Shown: positions 26,200-39,659 of the stretch, in pieces | Position numbering within the stretch: position 1 is the first letter of the stretch | How the letters are laid out: each line of letters opens with the position of its first letter | The notes under the pieces: generated by a model | Told to the model about the DNA's origin: nothing | What the model saw: the letters and a program-made list of their open reading frames with translations, nothing else | Database searches by the model: none | Assembly (NCBI GenBank): GCA_036172245.1 | Contig: JAYWIR010000004.1 | Coordinates: 4,774,001-4,838,000, forward strand | Length of the DNA: 64,000 nt | Source of the DNA: Raillietiella orientalis | Taxonomy: Eukaryota | Reading direction: 5' to 3' | Program-made: the position numbers and the translations under genes

Positions 26200-27400
26200 A
26201 GTTCCGTCCGTGTCTCGCCCAGGTGGGGCCATCTCGAGGCGGTCCTCAGGAAGATCTGCTCCAGTGGACGACTGTCCTGCCATTTCGATCTCTTATTCTA
26301 AAGTTCCAGGCCGCCACGATCCCTCGAGGACAGCAGAAGACTGTGAGCGACGCTTCCGGTGGCAGTGCGGCACCGCGCACTGAAGGGGCATCTCAAAATG
26401 TCCCTGGACCGCCCACCAGGGATCCTGGGGTCTCTGCGAGGTCGCTCCAAAGGAGTCGGGGAGCAGCACGGTCCAATAGCAGGTGCGGGAGGGTCTCCTT
26501 CTTCCTTCATCCACCTCCCCCCACGTCTAGTTGTGAAGGGGAGCTTTGCACGGGATTCCCCCATGAACCACCAGCAACGCCGACTCCTGCCACTCGAGGG
26601 AGAGGGCACCACTGTTCCAGCACTCTGGGGTCCACTCCACCGCCTCCAGGGGGACTCCGAGTAACTTTTCCCCAGCGTAGAAGTCCTTGGGGTGGGCCAC
26701 TTGAAGTCGCAGCATCCATGACCTCCCGAATCGTCCATGCACCCAGAAGTTTCTCTTTTGCTGCGATGTATTTGGCTTCGCACATTGCCGAGATTGCGCT
26801 GTTCCTTGTGTCCCTTAGGGAGGGTGGCACTGGGGCAAGGGGAGTGGACGAGGCCCGCCGCATCTCCTGCGGGTTGACCTTCTCCGGAGACTTGAGAGAG
26901 TGGATGCCTCGCGGCAGGCAGGCTTGCCCCGCCTCGCTCGCGCTGTGGATCTTCCTCCAGACGAAGACCGACTCCTGGAATCGGGCAGTACGGTTCTCGG
27001 GGAGGCAGGAGATCCAGGTGTTCTCCACCAGGGCAACCATCTGGAGGAGTTGGTATATCCTCAACACCGCCTCAGCAACTTCTCGCGAGCAACGAGGAGG
27101 GACACGAGTCCCGTGCAGCTGGTTGAGCTCTTCGCGGGCAGGCGTGCTGGTGCAAATCAAATCGTGGTCCATAGTCTCGCCTCGGGGACGAGTCTTCTGA
27201 ACTGGAGCTGGCGCTTCATTCTCTCCAGAGTAAACTGACCAAGTCCACCATCCCTACGCAGACTCCGGACTCTGGACCTCCCTGTGTTCCGCAAGACTTT
27301 TATTAGGAGGTCCTCCGTCCTGCTCTTGATGGCAGTAGGGGCGGTCCGTGAGGCTCCGACGGCATCGCACGGTCCGTCCCCGGACTGCGGTGCAGCTCCC
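26200..27400 (-). mobile_element. L1/Tx1-clade LINE ORF2 C-terminal remnant (post-RT and zf-RVT region)
   Basis: Three ordered motifs in different frames: 'RRDGGLGQFTLERMKRQLQFRRL' (~27190-27260), 'QESALLVVHGGIPCKAPLH' (~26535-26590), 'KKETLPHLLLDRAAPRLLWSDL' (~26438-26505). Confidence 0.65.
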
Positions 27401-27449
27401 CTTCTTCAATCACAGTCGGGTTGCCAGAAGACCTACGCTGTGCTCGCGG

Positions 27450-28060
27450 ACCGTTTCGCTCTGTGCGAGTGCCGCCCTCGTCGGTACCCTTGGGTCAGCA
27501 AAAGAGTCATGCTGCTGAACGTTGCTGCTGCTGCGGTGCGTTCCAGCCGTTACCGGACCACACTTTCCTTCGTGCTGAGTGGCGATCCCTGGACCCGTCT
27601 TCCTCCCTCCTCCGCACACACGAGCGCTCAAGTGCAGACTTGGGAATCGCCGGGGATGCTCGCTCCCCGTCCACCCCCTCATCTCACGCGCGGCGCAAGT
27701 TTCTCAGGGTACCGCTGCAGCCGGTTGAGCTCCCGCAGCATTTCTAGGGGTCTTCCAGGGAATGCTTCAGCGTGCAGCTTCCCTTCAGCGTCCATCGTCG
27801 GAAGAAGCTGCCGCGCATTCCCGGACAGGATGAACCCGCGCGAGGAAACGTTGCCGGGTTAGTCTTACGCACTCTCGACAACATCCCTGCTTCGCGCGTG
27901 CGCGCACGCGCACGCATCTCCCCCTTTTCCTTCTGTCCATGCTGCAGCGGCATTCTGGAATTTCCACTCCAGGATCTCCGCCATCTTTACAAAAGTCTGC
28001 CGCAGCGAGCTGCCCCTCAGGCTGTCCGCGCACGCGCATCGGACGGCGTGGTACTCGGTG
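27450..28060 (-). mobile_element. pogo-like transposase remnant
   Basis: 'GMRGSFFRRWTL...HSLEDP' (~GWxxRFMRRHGL...KLPED), 'LRELNRLQRYPEKL...DE' (~YxLxxIxNxDET), 'GRKTGPGIATQHEGKCGPVT' (~GAKTVxIxTTGHEKxRxTV). Confidence 0.35.
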
Positions 28061-28099
28061 TGCATCCTGACCGGTACAGAGAATAGGGGGGTGGGAAGT

Positions 28100-30250
28100 C
28101 TTCGTCACCTCCTACCGCACAGTCGACTTCCGGAACTGCGAGCACGGCGATGGATGCGCCGCTCAGCATCAGCGGGACACCGGAAGAGGCTCTCGCCCCG
28201 ATCCTGCTCCGCTAGGCCGCGCCGGCTGCTGCTGCTGCGGCGGCGGCGGCAAGTGGAGGGGGAGGGACTACGAAGATGCGCGCGCCCCCGAAAGCCCCGA
28301 AATAGCTCCCTCCCCCCTTTGGCTGCTTCTCAAGAACTCGGCCTCTCGGCGATCCCCAGAGGGGGAGAAATTTTTTTTTGCTTTTCTTCCCCTTTTCCCC
28401 CCCCCCCCCCATTCCTTCTTTCCCATGGCTCCAGAGACGGCACCTCGAGCGGAGGAAAAGCATCCGAAGGAACGACGACAATCCGTGGGCGAAGGCCGAG
28501 ACGCAGGGAGAGGAAGGAAGCGTGCGCGCGCGAGGACACCGTGGGTGCCGCCGCTCTCCGGAACGCTCGCAGTTGCCGCAATGACGCGGCCGCCGCTCCC
28601 TCGCCTTTGCGCCTCGCTCGCAGGAGACGAGGGAGCGGAGAGGGCGCCTCTTCCCGGAAGCGAAGCCTCTTGCCCACTGGTGCCCTCCCGGAGTACCCAG
28701 GCGGCGATTCCTCCTCCCCGTCGTCGTCGTCGCCACCGCTGCCACAATCGTCTCATCATCTCCTCCCCCTCCCCGCAGATGCGAACCGCGCTATTTTTAG
28801 ACTTGCCGCTTCGACGTCACGGAAGAGGCGCGATCGCGCGTCGTCACCGCCGCTGTCGTTTCCGCAGCCGAGAGAGGCACGCGTGGCGTCCCGCAAACGA
28901 CCTGTCTCCCCTCCCCCTTCCTTCCGTTTTCTGAGAGACGTCATGCCTCGGGGAACTCTGGGAGGGAGAAGAAGAGGGAAGGACGAGGGGGAGGAGAACT
29001 CGCCGCTGCTCACGCCCTTTCCGGCCCGTCCGCCGTCTCATCCCGGGGCAGCGGCGCTCGCGCAGCCATCCCTCCGCCCCTCTTCCGGAACGAGCGGAGG
29101 GGAGCGGCAGCGGCCCGTGGCGGGGCGAGGCGTAGACAAAGGGCTCAGCAGGGATGCGTCGCGTGCGAGCTCATGCGCCTCCATCTCGGTTCCCGACGCC
29201 TCCCCGGGCGTGCCGGCTCCAGCGAGCGGTGCGCCCGCCAGGCGCCACCACCACCATCAGCAGCTGCAGAAAGCAGAGCAAAGGGGAGCGTCTTCCCGGC
29301 AGTGAGCCTCCTCAAAAGTCGGAGGTACCCCGGAAGGGTCCGTGCGGGGAATCTCCTGAGGACAGAAGGAGGAGGAGGAGGAGGAGGGGGAGGATGGTGA
29401 CTGTGGTGGTGATAGGGAAGAGGAGGAGAAAGAAGAGGAACAAGTTCAGATTCCAGGAAGAGGAAGGGAGTGAGGTCGGCAGCGTGCAGCGCCTTGCCAC
29501 CCACCCCTTGAGGGCAGGTACAAGGAACTCAGGAGTCTGGAAAGGAGCGTCCGGACCGTGGGGAGGAGCAGAATACCGTGCCCGCGTTCTGCTTTTACTT
29601 GGCTACCGTTGCCTCTGACCCCTGCTCGCCCTCTCCTCGGGCGTCTTCGGTGGCGCCCTCCGCGCTCGTGACTGGGAGTTCGAGGTTCCAAGCGGCAGCA
29701 GCGGAAGAACCGCCTCCGGCCACCGAGCTTCCCCTTACTGCTTTCGTCTCCAGCATTCCAGACTGTACCCTCCCTCCCCCTCTGCCGCCTCCGTTTCCCA
29801 GGCGTCGAGTCCAGTTTCGCAGATGCACCCGCCTGGCAAGCTGCGTGTACGCCCGTCTTCGGCATGCGCTCTGGCGGAGAGACGAGTAACCAGGGGTAAC
29901 GGGAGCTCCCTCGCACCGCTTCGGGGTCGACACCGCCTCTCCATCCCCATGCCACCACCCTTCCCGTGGAAACCCGGGACCGCGCATCCTGCGGAGCCGG
30001 CGGCTCAACGACGAAAGGAGGTGGTGACGTGACCCCGGGCTCGCTGCTTGGCATTCCGTCGCCTCTGGGTGCGCGACTCCCCCCCCCCTCCCCGCGCCTA
30101 AAGGGATTTTCCCAAGCGATGCAGCCGCATGAGCACCGGCCACTGTCCCGAGCAGATGCCAGGTTGCTGCATGCGAGAGGAGGAGGTGCGCCCTCAATCA
30201 ACAGCTAGGTCTCCCCGTTGCCAGGAACGCGGCGCATCAGAAGGAAGCGC
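28100..30250. promoter_or_regulatory. GC/CpG-rich island-like region with ETS- and CRE-like motifs
   Basis: Visibly CpG-dense low-complexity DNA. ACTTCCGG at ~28126 and CGACGTCACGGAAG at ~28812-28825. No linked exon established. Confidence 0.3.
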
Positions 30251-30779
30251 CTCCTCCCAGTGCGGCCTCCCTCACCTCTCTCCTGCCCTACGGCCCACCT
30301 ACCGAAAGCAGAGCAGTATTGCCTTTTTTTAAAAAAAAGAAAAAGCCAATTTTTTTTAGTTTTATTTTTACGCCTTTTTTTATGGTCTTCTGGGTCCGCG
30401 CGGAAGCCGCGGTCGAGAGGCCCGGACGCTTCGTGTTCGGGCGGCGTCCAATCCGTCACGAATGCTGCAGCAGAGGGCGGTCGGACAGGTGACCAGGGGC
30501 ACGGAGAGCTCTCGTCTGACCGGGGGATTTGACCGAGCGACCGCTGCCAGCTGTGCGGAAGGCACCGGCGTTCCACGCGCCATGGAGACGCAGCTGTCTC
30601 CAGCCAGGAATTTTCGGCCGGAAAAGAAAAAAGGGTACGTTCCTGTGGCGCCATGCCCTCCCTGCCCTCCTGACCTTTCCCTGAACGATTCATTATCCCC
30701 TGTCCCGAAAACCACAGAGGAGCCGAAAAGAGGATCTTCGCTCCCGGGGGGCACCGCAACCGACGGCCCGAGGGTTCTC

Positions 30780-31420
30780 CTCCACCCTCTCTTCTTGGAT
30801 GTCTCCCTCCATCCCCTCCTCTTTCCTAGGGTGAGCTCCCGCGAAGAGGGGAGATATTTCCGTCCCGGCTCGCGGTCCAGTCTGCTGCCCCAGCAGATTT
30901 CTCTGGGACAGCGTACGCTGACGCAGCTGCTTCTTTCCTGATGCGCGCTCCACCCAGGATCTTCGGCAGCCCGGAGGCTCGCTCGATCCCATGACCCCAC
31001 GGACCCAGCGACTCGCTCTCCTCCTGAGGAGGCGGAACGAGCCGATCTCCCGTACCTGCTCTCCTCCCTTCGTCTCGCCTCCTCCGGTGCCGTCCGATGC
31101 CTAGCAGCAGGCGACGTCCGCTGTTGTCTTCTTATCGCCACCCAGATCGGGTCGCAGCCCGGGATCCGCTCCTGGAACGGAGACCTCTATCCCCTTTTTA
31201 CGCAGATTCCCCCAACCGGAGCTGACTCTATCCGTCACGCCCCTCGACAGTCGCTTCCCCTCTCCGGGTAGCTGAGGATGCGGTCAAACCGCCTCGCCCT
31301 TGGAGGCATCTTCCTGGAAATGCCGGCAAGAGCGGATGAAAGGAGGAGGAGAAACTGATCACCCAGCAGTCGGATGCTCGGCTCCCAAGTGGCATGAAGC
31401 ACCCGGAGGCGCTCACCTGC
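30780..31420 (-). mobile_element. L1/Tx1 APE endonuclease remnant
   Basis: In order: 'GSRASDCWVISFSSSF...QGR' (~SxGVAILF...GR), 'DLGGDKKT...DGTGG' (~LGGDFN...DRxGG), 'EDPGWSAH...SRLDR' (~LxDxWR..H...SRLDR). Confidence 0.45.
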
Positions 31421-32779
31421 CATCACGAAGGAGGGGACCTTCGAGGGGGCAGCCGGAGAAGGTGCCGTGCGTGAGCCGGTAGTACAGGAGCGCTCATTCG
31501 CGCGTTCCCTTCGCCGGGAAACCTGGATCGTCAGGAAGGAGGAGAATCTAGAAAAAGTGAACCCAGCTCCTCCCTCCCCTTCCTCGCACGAAGTCGTCGA
31601 TCCGTACGGGATCGGAAGCTTCCCTTCCTGAGGAGGCGAACTCTGGTGTGACTACCAAGCAACCAGAAAACCACGTCCCTCCGCACGCACGCCCTCTCTT
31701 TGCACGAAAAGCACTCCACCCCCCCTCCTTCTAGCGCGCGATCACCCGCCTCGCGCACGCGGCCTGCGGGCTTCGCTCGGGAATGCACCGATCAAACAAG
31801 GCATCAATTCTCTCTCTTGACAGAAAGCAGGAGACGACTTTGGGAACGAAAGGAGATGGGGGGTGGGGAGTGGGGAGGATCAAGCGTTGCAGAGCAGCTT
31901 CCCGCAGCAGAGAGAAGCGTTTTAAAAAGCGCTCGATGGAAAACGCTCTTCGGGGAAAAAAAACATTCGCCGCCTTCTTCCCCCTGCCCTCGGATCACTG
32001 CCGAAAATACTTCTGGATTGCATTATCCCATCCGGGCCTCAACCCTGGCATTCCCGAGGAAGTGGGAAAGCAAGCGAGCGGCTTTTAAGGGAAGGTTTCT
32101 AAGCTGGAAGCATCCATCAAGATCGGTTGGCGATCTATTGGAAAGGAGGAGGAGGAGGAAGGCGGCATGTCACGACTTCGGCGGCAACCGTCCATCGAGG
32201 AGCCTGCTGGTCAAAGTGGATGATCTCCAGAGAAGCAGCTCCGAACGGTGACGTCCTGCTCGTAAGTGGCAGGTGCGCTTTCGGCTGACGTGGACCGGCT
32301 CACGACTGAAGACCCGGTGTTGGTACCCACCTTCCTTGAAGCACGGATCGCCAACGACACCGAGCTTTATGGATCCGCCGTCCTTTTCTTTCTCTCTCTC
32401 TCTCCCACTCTCTCTTTTTCCTTTTCTTCTTCACAGAGTTCAAATTCGAATTCTACTAATTCGTGACTGGACGGATTCTCGCCATGGGGCAGTTGCCGTA
32501 GCGACCCTGGAGCGCTACGTTCGCCGGAGTCTGCCTGCCGCACCTGCTCAGAAAACTTGCCCGAACTCCCTCAGAGTGACCTGCCGCGAAGCCTTCGCGC
32601 AGCGTCTGGTGTTTCTTCGCCTCCGTGGACCGGATCGCATTCGTTTTGGCACGGAGTTTCGACCTCAGGTCACACACTTCCCGTCTGACGGGGGCGGTCG
32701 ACTGCCTCCTCCAGGACGACCTCGCCATGCCCAGAGCTCCAACTGGTGGTCAACGGAAAGTGGGAAACGGAAGAGCATC

Positions 32780-33230
32780 CTCTCTGTTAATCATCCTTGT
32801 GTTCTCCACATCTCTTGTTCTTTTCGCGAGGGAAGCACAACGGGCAGGCGTGCAATAGCGCCAAGTGCCAGGGATGATGGCTCAAGGAGATGTACAGCAG
32901 AAGGAGGGAGACGGAGTCACTGAACAGGGGAGAGGATGCCAGCACGCGACTGCTTCCAGACGTGAGGGAATCTTGGAACCACGAAGCAGATGCGACTGTC
33001 CATCTAGTGCACAGAGACCCCTTGAAGTTTCTCGAAATGGTCCAAGTGAAGGGAGGAAGAGCATCTTGGCAGGAGGTAGCACGTTTCCAGACCACTTTTG
33101 CCGTTTCTTTCGCTATTCTTTCCCTTTCTGGGAAGCTCCACAGAAACGCTTCTCAAAGGGGATCATAACTGCGGCATCGAAGCACCTTCTGAAGAAAATC
33201 CAGATGCTCCCATCTTGGAGCAGCCTCCTT
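32780..33230 (-). mobile_element. CR1/L2/Jockey-like RT remnant
   Basis: 'SGFSSEGASMPQL' (~HGFRxGRSxxTQL), 'SWFQDSLTSGSSRV' (~WIxSFLTxRxxRV), 'SVSLLLLYIS' (~SPLLFLLYIN). Confidence 0.4.
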
Positions 33231-34249
33231 CTCTGAGACGGAACGGCGGAGCGTCGTTTGCATCAAAGTCTCCGCGTGTCTCGTTCCCCTACGCCTTCCC
33301 TCCTACAGCATGCGCTTCGTCCTTCACGAATGAAATGCTCCGTGACAGTTCGCATCTCATCGCAGCGACGCCCTCGAAACCTCTCGCTGTACTGTATCCC
33401 GAGCGCTCTCCCAGGAGTGCCGGTTCGCATTCTCCCTCCTTGGAGATGGAAATGGTTTTCTTTCCTTCGGAGAGTGACAGCGTGGCTTCCTTTCCCCACT
33501 TGACAGTCGCTCGAGAATACGACGCGACTCGGAGGGAGCCGAAAATCCGTCCGGATCAACAAGAACGGCAGCAGCACCGGTCACAAGGGTGCACGAGGGA
33601 TGGCGGCTTCAGCGTGGATGCAGGGAACAGAACCGTCTGCACGCGCGGTGCAAGAGGTTCCCAGGCGCGGTGCTCCTTGTTGCCACCGCCGTTTACTTTG
33701 GTCTCCTGAGCGCACACCAGAACGTCCCGCCATCGGAACGGGACGCGTTTCCGGTCGAAGGCATCCCTGCAAACGTTTCCCGAATTCCTTGAATTCTTTA
33801 AGAGCTGCATCGTTGGTCCGGATTTTTACTCCCGAGAACTCCTTCGTTCTTCTGCATGTCTTGGACTCCTCGCGGTGCTGAGTTCTCGAGAGACGCCGTA
33901 TCCTCCCAGTCTCGTCCCGGACACATGCTTGCTTCCGTTTTCGCTCGCTTTCGCCAGCAGCGCCTCGCCTTTCCTTCTCTGTCTGTTTTCCTCCCCCCCC
34001 CCCCTTCGCCTTAGAGAGGCGGGAAGCGTCCAAGAGACCCACGGATTTCGAAACTTCGCCACACAAGAGTCATTGATGACACTGCAGATATCGGAGCTAT
34101 TTCTGGTGACAGCGGGGATCCACCACAGTGCTGCCGAAGTTTCGAAGGAGAGACAAGAAAGAAAGGAATCAGGAAGGAAAACAAAAGGAAAAGAAAAGCC
34201 CGTGCATGAAACTGGAACGAGAGGTCACGGGTTTTCGCTGAGCGGCGAA

Positions 34250-34570
34250 AAATGGTAAACTTCAGTATCATGTAGCGTAGCAACGATTCGGGCATAGTTT
34301 GGAGTTCATCTCGTTTAATGGATCGAATTATCATTTTCATAACTTGGATCGCACTGGGTTCACTTTTAATGGTGACTTCACCCCTTCTGACGCCTGTGAC
34401 CATCTCTGGCGAAGAGGGCGTATCTGGGGAGTCTTCATGGTCTTACGAGTGGAAGAAGAGCATGCATTCATTTCCACGTTCACATTCTGTGAGATGCCAC
34501 TGCATGCCCAGCTTCCCTCACTGGCATGCCATCCAAACAACTTCGCTGCTTTTGCAAAGGACACCTGCGT
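34250..34570 (-). mobile_element. Gypsy RNase H / integrase-linker remnant
   Basis: 'SWACSGIS' (~WACEKF), 'MHALLPLV' (~DHKPLVPL), 'TMPESLLRYMILKF' (~VPESLRxxIL). Weak. Confidence 0.25.
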
Positions 34571-36599
34571 GGAGAGTCCTCGATCCGACCAGTTTTCCTT
34601 CATTCTATTTCATGGATCGGCGCGTAGTTCGCGCGCGTGCAAACTGCCACCGCCGCGGCAGCAACCGCATTCCTCTACAAGAAAATTTCCCGCGGCTTCG
34701 GAGCTCAGCTTCCATTCGGCTCCTAATCTGAGAGAGCCGAAAAGCTCGAGTTGCATTCTTGGACTCTTAGGTTAAGAATTCAAAACGAGTTGCCTCCTCC
34801 GGCAGCAGATGTTTGAACCGCTCGAGGAACAGCTTCAAGACACGAACTTGCCTGGAATGCATGCTGGAAAAGAATAATGTAGTAAATACTGATGTTGTCT
34901 ACTTGAGCAATAACTGTGGAAAAAAAAAAAAGGCACTCTATTATTTGCTTGGGCTGCTTGGCAATCGTAGAAGGACATCCAGCAATTCTTACCTCAAAGG
35001 AACGTCACGACGAAGCTGAAGTGGTCCATCCAGGAAACTCGGGGTCACAGACTTTGAGTTACTGACGATCGCAAGCCATGCGTTAACGAGGACGACACTG
35101 ACTGGGAAAACACGGATGCTCTCGCGTGCAAGTCAATTTACTTGCTCCGCGTTCCTACCGCCGTGGGTCCCTTCTCGGTACTACAGCGCGCCGAATACCC
35201 TCCAAAAGGACGGCCACGAACTGGAATGGTCGAAGGAGATTCGTCCCACGTGTTGCGTGAACACATGAAGAGAGAAGAAGGGATATTCTGTTCTCCGCCG
35301 GCGACTGCTTTCCTTCCAGAAGCCAATCAGAAATTCCGTTAGATCTTTGTGGAACGGTGCAAAGCACGAGACGAGCTACGGAGGCGTCCTCCTTGAGTTG
35401 AGGTGCAGCAGCGGTTGAGCGGTTGTGGCACAGTGAAGTGCCAATTCATCGGAGCGCCGCTCACTGCTTCGGAGTCATTTGTGCGCTTGCCAAATTGCAC
35501 CTTAGATTTAAGTGATACCTTGAATTATGGTGACATCTTAGACTTTAGTTAGAGAAGATCATTCCGGAATGTCTAAGAAATTCTTGAGAAATTCCAGCCT
35601 CCCGTTTTCGAACACGCCCTCGTAACTTGATGTCATAACGGCCGCCTTATTTGTTCTCAGTTAAAACCATCTCTCGTCGCGTTTCCTGTGGATAGCAGCA
35701 GTTCACTCTCAGAAGAAAAGAAAGACATGGGAAGCGGCTGCGAACGACGTGCGTCCCATCCTCTTGTAAACATTCCGGATTTGGCTGCGAAGAACCGAGC
35801 TATACGAACGGCAGGAAAGCTCCGTGGATCTAACTGAACTCGTCTAACAACCCATTCGGGTGTCCTGACTGTGGCGAAAGAACAGCAGGCGAGGCTGACG
35901 GGATTTTGGACTGTTCTTCCGAGTTCGCGGAAGGAAGCGAATTTTCCGAAAGACTCCAAAAACACCACACACTGCGGCTACGCGTATCTCCCCTCGCCCT
36001 TGATCTTCTTCCTATCACTTCTTTCGGGGAACCTCTTGCGCGCGGACTTCCTCCGAAATGGAAGGCGGTCCGGAAGCTGACAACGAAAAGTCTCTGAATT
36101 TTTTGCCATTCGCTGAAAAGCTTACAGGAAGTATTCGTTCTCTCGGACAGCTACGATCCTGACTTGCAAACCTTTGCTCAAACCTGAAAGTCATATCATA
36201 AGAGAATAAAAAGTTTGATCGAGATCAGACAGAGCACAAAGCAAACGCATCATCTCGGGTGAGGACCCAATCGATAGAGAATAAAGATGAGCAAACCAAA
36301 GCTGAGGATTCTTTGAATCTGGACGAAATCCACTCATGGATATCATTCCACAGAGGAATATTAAAGGCGAAGAAATTAATTAGAAAATTCATTCTTCATT
36401 AGATATAGCAAACGCATTACTCCTAAATGAGATAAATTCTAAGAATTGGGTTCAGAGATGCAATTCAAGGTGGACACCAGACGCTGAGGGACTGGAAAGA
36501 GGACTCAAACGCGTTAGAAACGTGCCCACGAGGCACATGAAGCCATCATCGCTTCCCCGAAGCACCCTTTCGCCCAGCCTCAGAGCTCCCGTGGAATTT

Positions 36600-38400
36600 C
36601 ACTAAACAGATGGACGCTCGTGGCAGCGGCAGAAGCAACCTGACCCATGACCGATCACTCAACTCAGGATTTGGCCTCATGATCGCTGCTAAAAGCACAG
36701 GAGTGGTTAACACCGCCTCTCTTCTATTCGAGAATACAGTGCGTGATGCGAGATTCCAGAGGAGAAGAGAAAAACGAGGAACAGGGATCAGAACCAAATT
36801 GCACTCTCGGGGAGTGGGTGGTCTTCAAAGAATGGAGCTGCTACTGAACGTGTGCAAATCCGAAGAGACAACCTGTACACAGAGCTTCGACGAAGAGGAT
36901 GTGATGGACTTCCGAGAAGAAATCCACTGGAATCAGGAGGACGATTTCATGTGGAGTTGCCTGTGGGTGGCAGGGAATGGGAAAGGAAAAAAAACAAAAA
37001 AAATCAGATTTTCTGAAGGATTCTTCGAGAAAATCTCTCAGAGTTCTCAGTGCGGTCCGTTACCAGCAAAGTGAAGGAAGAAATATACGATGATGCAGAA
37101 ACAAGAAACCTCCTTCCTTGTTCTCCGACTCCGAGACACCCCTTTCGACATCCTGCAGACATGATCTGGGGATAGAAGAAGCTTTCAGAAAATCTACAGC
37201 ATCCGCAAACCTTCAGGAATCTTGAAAAATATCCCGAGTGATACGAATAAATAATTTGTCAGATGGGATCCTATACAGGAAGAAAAAAAAAAAAAAAGAA
37301 TTTTAATTTGAACCTTTCTTTGTGTGTGTGGGGGGGGAGCAACATTTTTGTTATTTGGGTAGGGTGATTGCCTCTTCCTACCGGCGCTTCTATTTTAATC
37401 TTTATTTGCACGTTCGGCTTGGAAGATGTTTTTTTTTTTTTTTTGCATGTTTTTAGCCAGCAAGCAGCCCGGGGCGTGAAACAGAAAAAAAAATCGATTC
37501 CATCGACATGCCCCCCTTTTCTGATCGATTCCGACCTTACGACCTGAGTCTCCTCCAGACAGCTGGTGATCACTCAGATTGACACCTATCCGACGTCGTA
37601 TGCCCACCGGACGAGGTTTCGGGAAGTTTGGAAACTCTGAACATTCTTGCCCTCCCCCGAATGAAGGAACTTCCAAGCTGGAGTCCTGCAAGCGGAATGA
37701 AGGAAGCACCGTTGAGCTCTGCACGAATTCAACATCCAACACTGTATGCCCATCATCTTCCTAATTTCCAGAACCAGCATCAAAAGTCGTCCTGACTTCG
37801 CAGATTCTTCCTCGTCGCGTTTGTTATTCAGTGTCTCCCCATTAGTGGAGCGTCTTCCCCCTCAGGAGCTGCTGATTAGATGCTTAAGAGTGCAAATCCG
37901 GAAAATAAGTGTCCCTAGCTCAGCAGCAGAGGTCCTACTGAAGAAGGAACAACAATTTGCAAACACCATTGATAGGTACATGTGGAGCACATAAAATAAA
38001 ACGTGTCCGAACAAGTGGGATGGACCGAAAGTAGGCGGAATCTCACAGTTCCTCAGGACGGAATCCTGCACAGCAGGAATTAGATAAATCCGAATGCACC
38101 TATCCTCAATCCGCCTTCTACACTTCCTTCGGTACGCCCATATTTGCCAGCGTAGCTTTTTTCAAAGAATGGCAGCATTCGGATGAGCGCTCCTGAGCAG
38201 CATGCTGTTGACCTCAAAATCCTAATGTGTCTCTCAATCGAAGATAAGATTAACCGTAGAGGGATCGATAAGCAATGGGAAAAAAAGAAGAGGAAGAGGA
38301 AGAAGAAGAAGAACAAGCTGGCAATAATAGATGCTGGTTCTGATTCGACTTTGGTCTACTTAATCGCTGCCAATGCTGAAGACGTGACTGTGGAATGAAA
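36600..38400 (+). mobile_element. Dispersed Gypsy gag/protease remnant
   Basis: Partial PBS-like TGGCAGCGG at ~36621, gag-like 'KLHSRG...ELLLNVCK', degenerate knuckle 'PTGRGFGKFGNSEHSCP' (~37603-37653), and protease-like 'AIIDAGSDSTLV' (~38321-38356). Confidence 0.35.
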
Positions 38401-39659
38401 GGCAGTGCACAGGAGCACTGGCAATTGGCACCGAAGGAATGTCGAATACAAGAGAATTACGGTCTTGAGGGAATGGGAAATAAATTCGCACAAAGTTGCA
38501 GTAAATCATCTCTGCTTATCGACTGAAATTATGTGCCCACCTATTCAATGCACATCACGAATGAGCGTGCCTGTCTGAATCCAACGAAGGGAGGAGCAGC
38601 GATTATGGATAAAATGTGAGAGAGGAAAATGAAAAAAAGTTACCAGGGGTGCCCGAAATATCCCCCGAGGAACGAATCTGTTCCCTAAAGACTGCCTACA
38701 GTTTCCTTGACGGAAAAGAAATCTCCAAAAGAGCAGGAAACTCGATCGGTGTTTGGAAAAGTTCCCGCTTCTTAAGCAGACACTTAAAAGTGGATTTAAA
38801 GAACCACTTCTAGAGGAAGACCATGACCCAATGGCAGTCAGGTTAGTATTCTTTAGTAGAGGAATGGGTGCTAGTTAACTGAATAACATGAGCCCCTAAT
38901 GGTCGATCAAAAAAAATTTCTCGAGTATGCTAAGAGGCGCTCACCAATTCCCTGAAATCAAATAGTAAACGAACCCACCTTGTTCGAAACTGTTTGCATT
39001 TCTCGATCCGAATGCCTGCAGGACTGAAGAGACTTCTTGCATTTCAGTAAACCTCAGGTGTTTCGATTATACCCTGTGTTATTTTGCTACTCTGTTTCCG
39101 AAAGCATAATAAATTCCCGCTTTCTGCCTCGTTTCCTTCTCCAGCTTCCCACGTGAAGAATCTCGCATTCTCACAGCGAAATCCCAACATTGTTTTTGGA
39201 CTTTTGAATGTGAAGGCTCAGCACTTACCATGCCACCCACATCGCCGTACGAACGCATCCATATTTCCTCTGCAGTGTTCCCGCTACCATGCACTTTTCG
39301 TCTATCGAGTGAGAAAGACCTCAGCACACTTGACGAGCAGTGCCAACACGTGCTGCAAACTGCACCTTTAAAGGGAGCTCGATTCTGCTACATGGATATG
39401 GATTGACGCTCGCACGCTTTGATGACTTTCATCATGAGGCTCATCAAAAATACCGTTTCCGTTGACCGTATCGAGATCTATGGCAGCACTCGGCCTGGAT
39501 GAAAATGACTTCCTTTTTTTTTTGTGTGTGTGTATCTTTTTTGCCATATTTGTATGGAGGAGCATGCTTATGCATTTGTTTTTGATTTCTGTGGAGAGAC
39601 GAGTCCATATCTCTTTTCGAAGTTAGCGATCACTACCGATGTCGATTCCTTTTTGCCTG

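Noticed and set aside
26507..27172. 221-aa ORF (-) and overlapping 325-aa ORF (+) that look protein-like
   Set aside because: They lie inside the L1/Tx1 remnant, whose diagnostic motifs are spread over several frames.
28058..29305. 415-aa ORF on + strand
   Set aside because: R/S/P/A-rich translation of GC-rich low-complexity DNA crossing homopolymer runs. No domain and no ATG start.
29394..29517. Possible first coding exon MVTVVVIGKRRRKKRNKF... with donor CAG|GTACAA
   Set aside because: Weak donor, phase 1 does not match the phase-2 PDZ acceptor, and the sequence is purine-rich low complexity. The minus strand reads 'LYLPSRGG', which is LINE-like.
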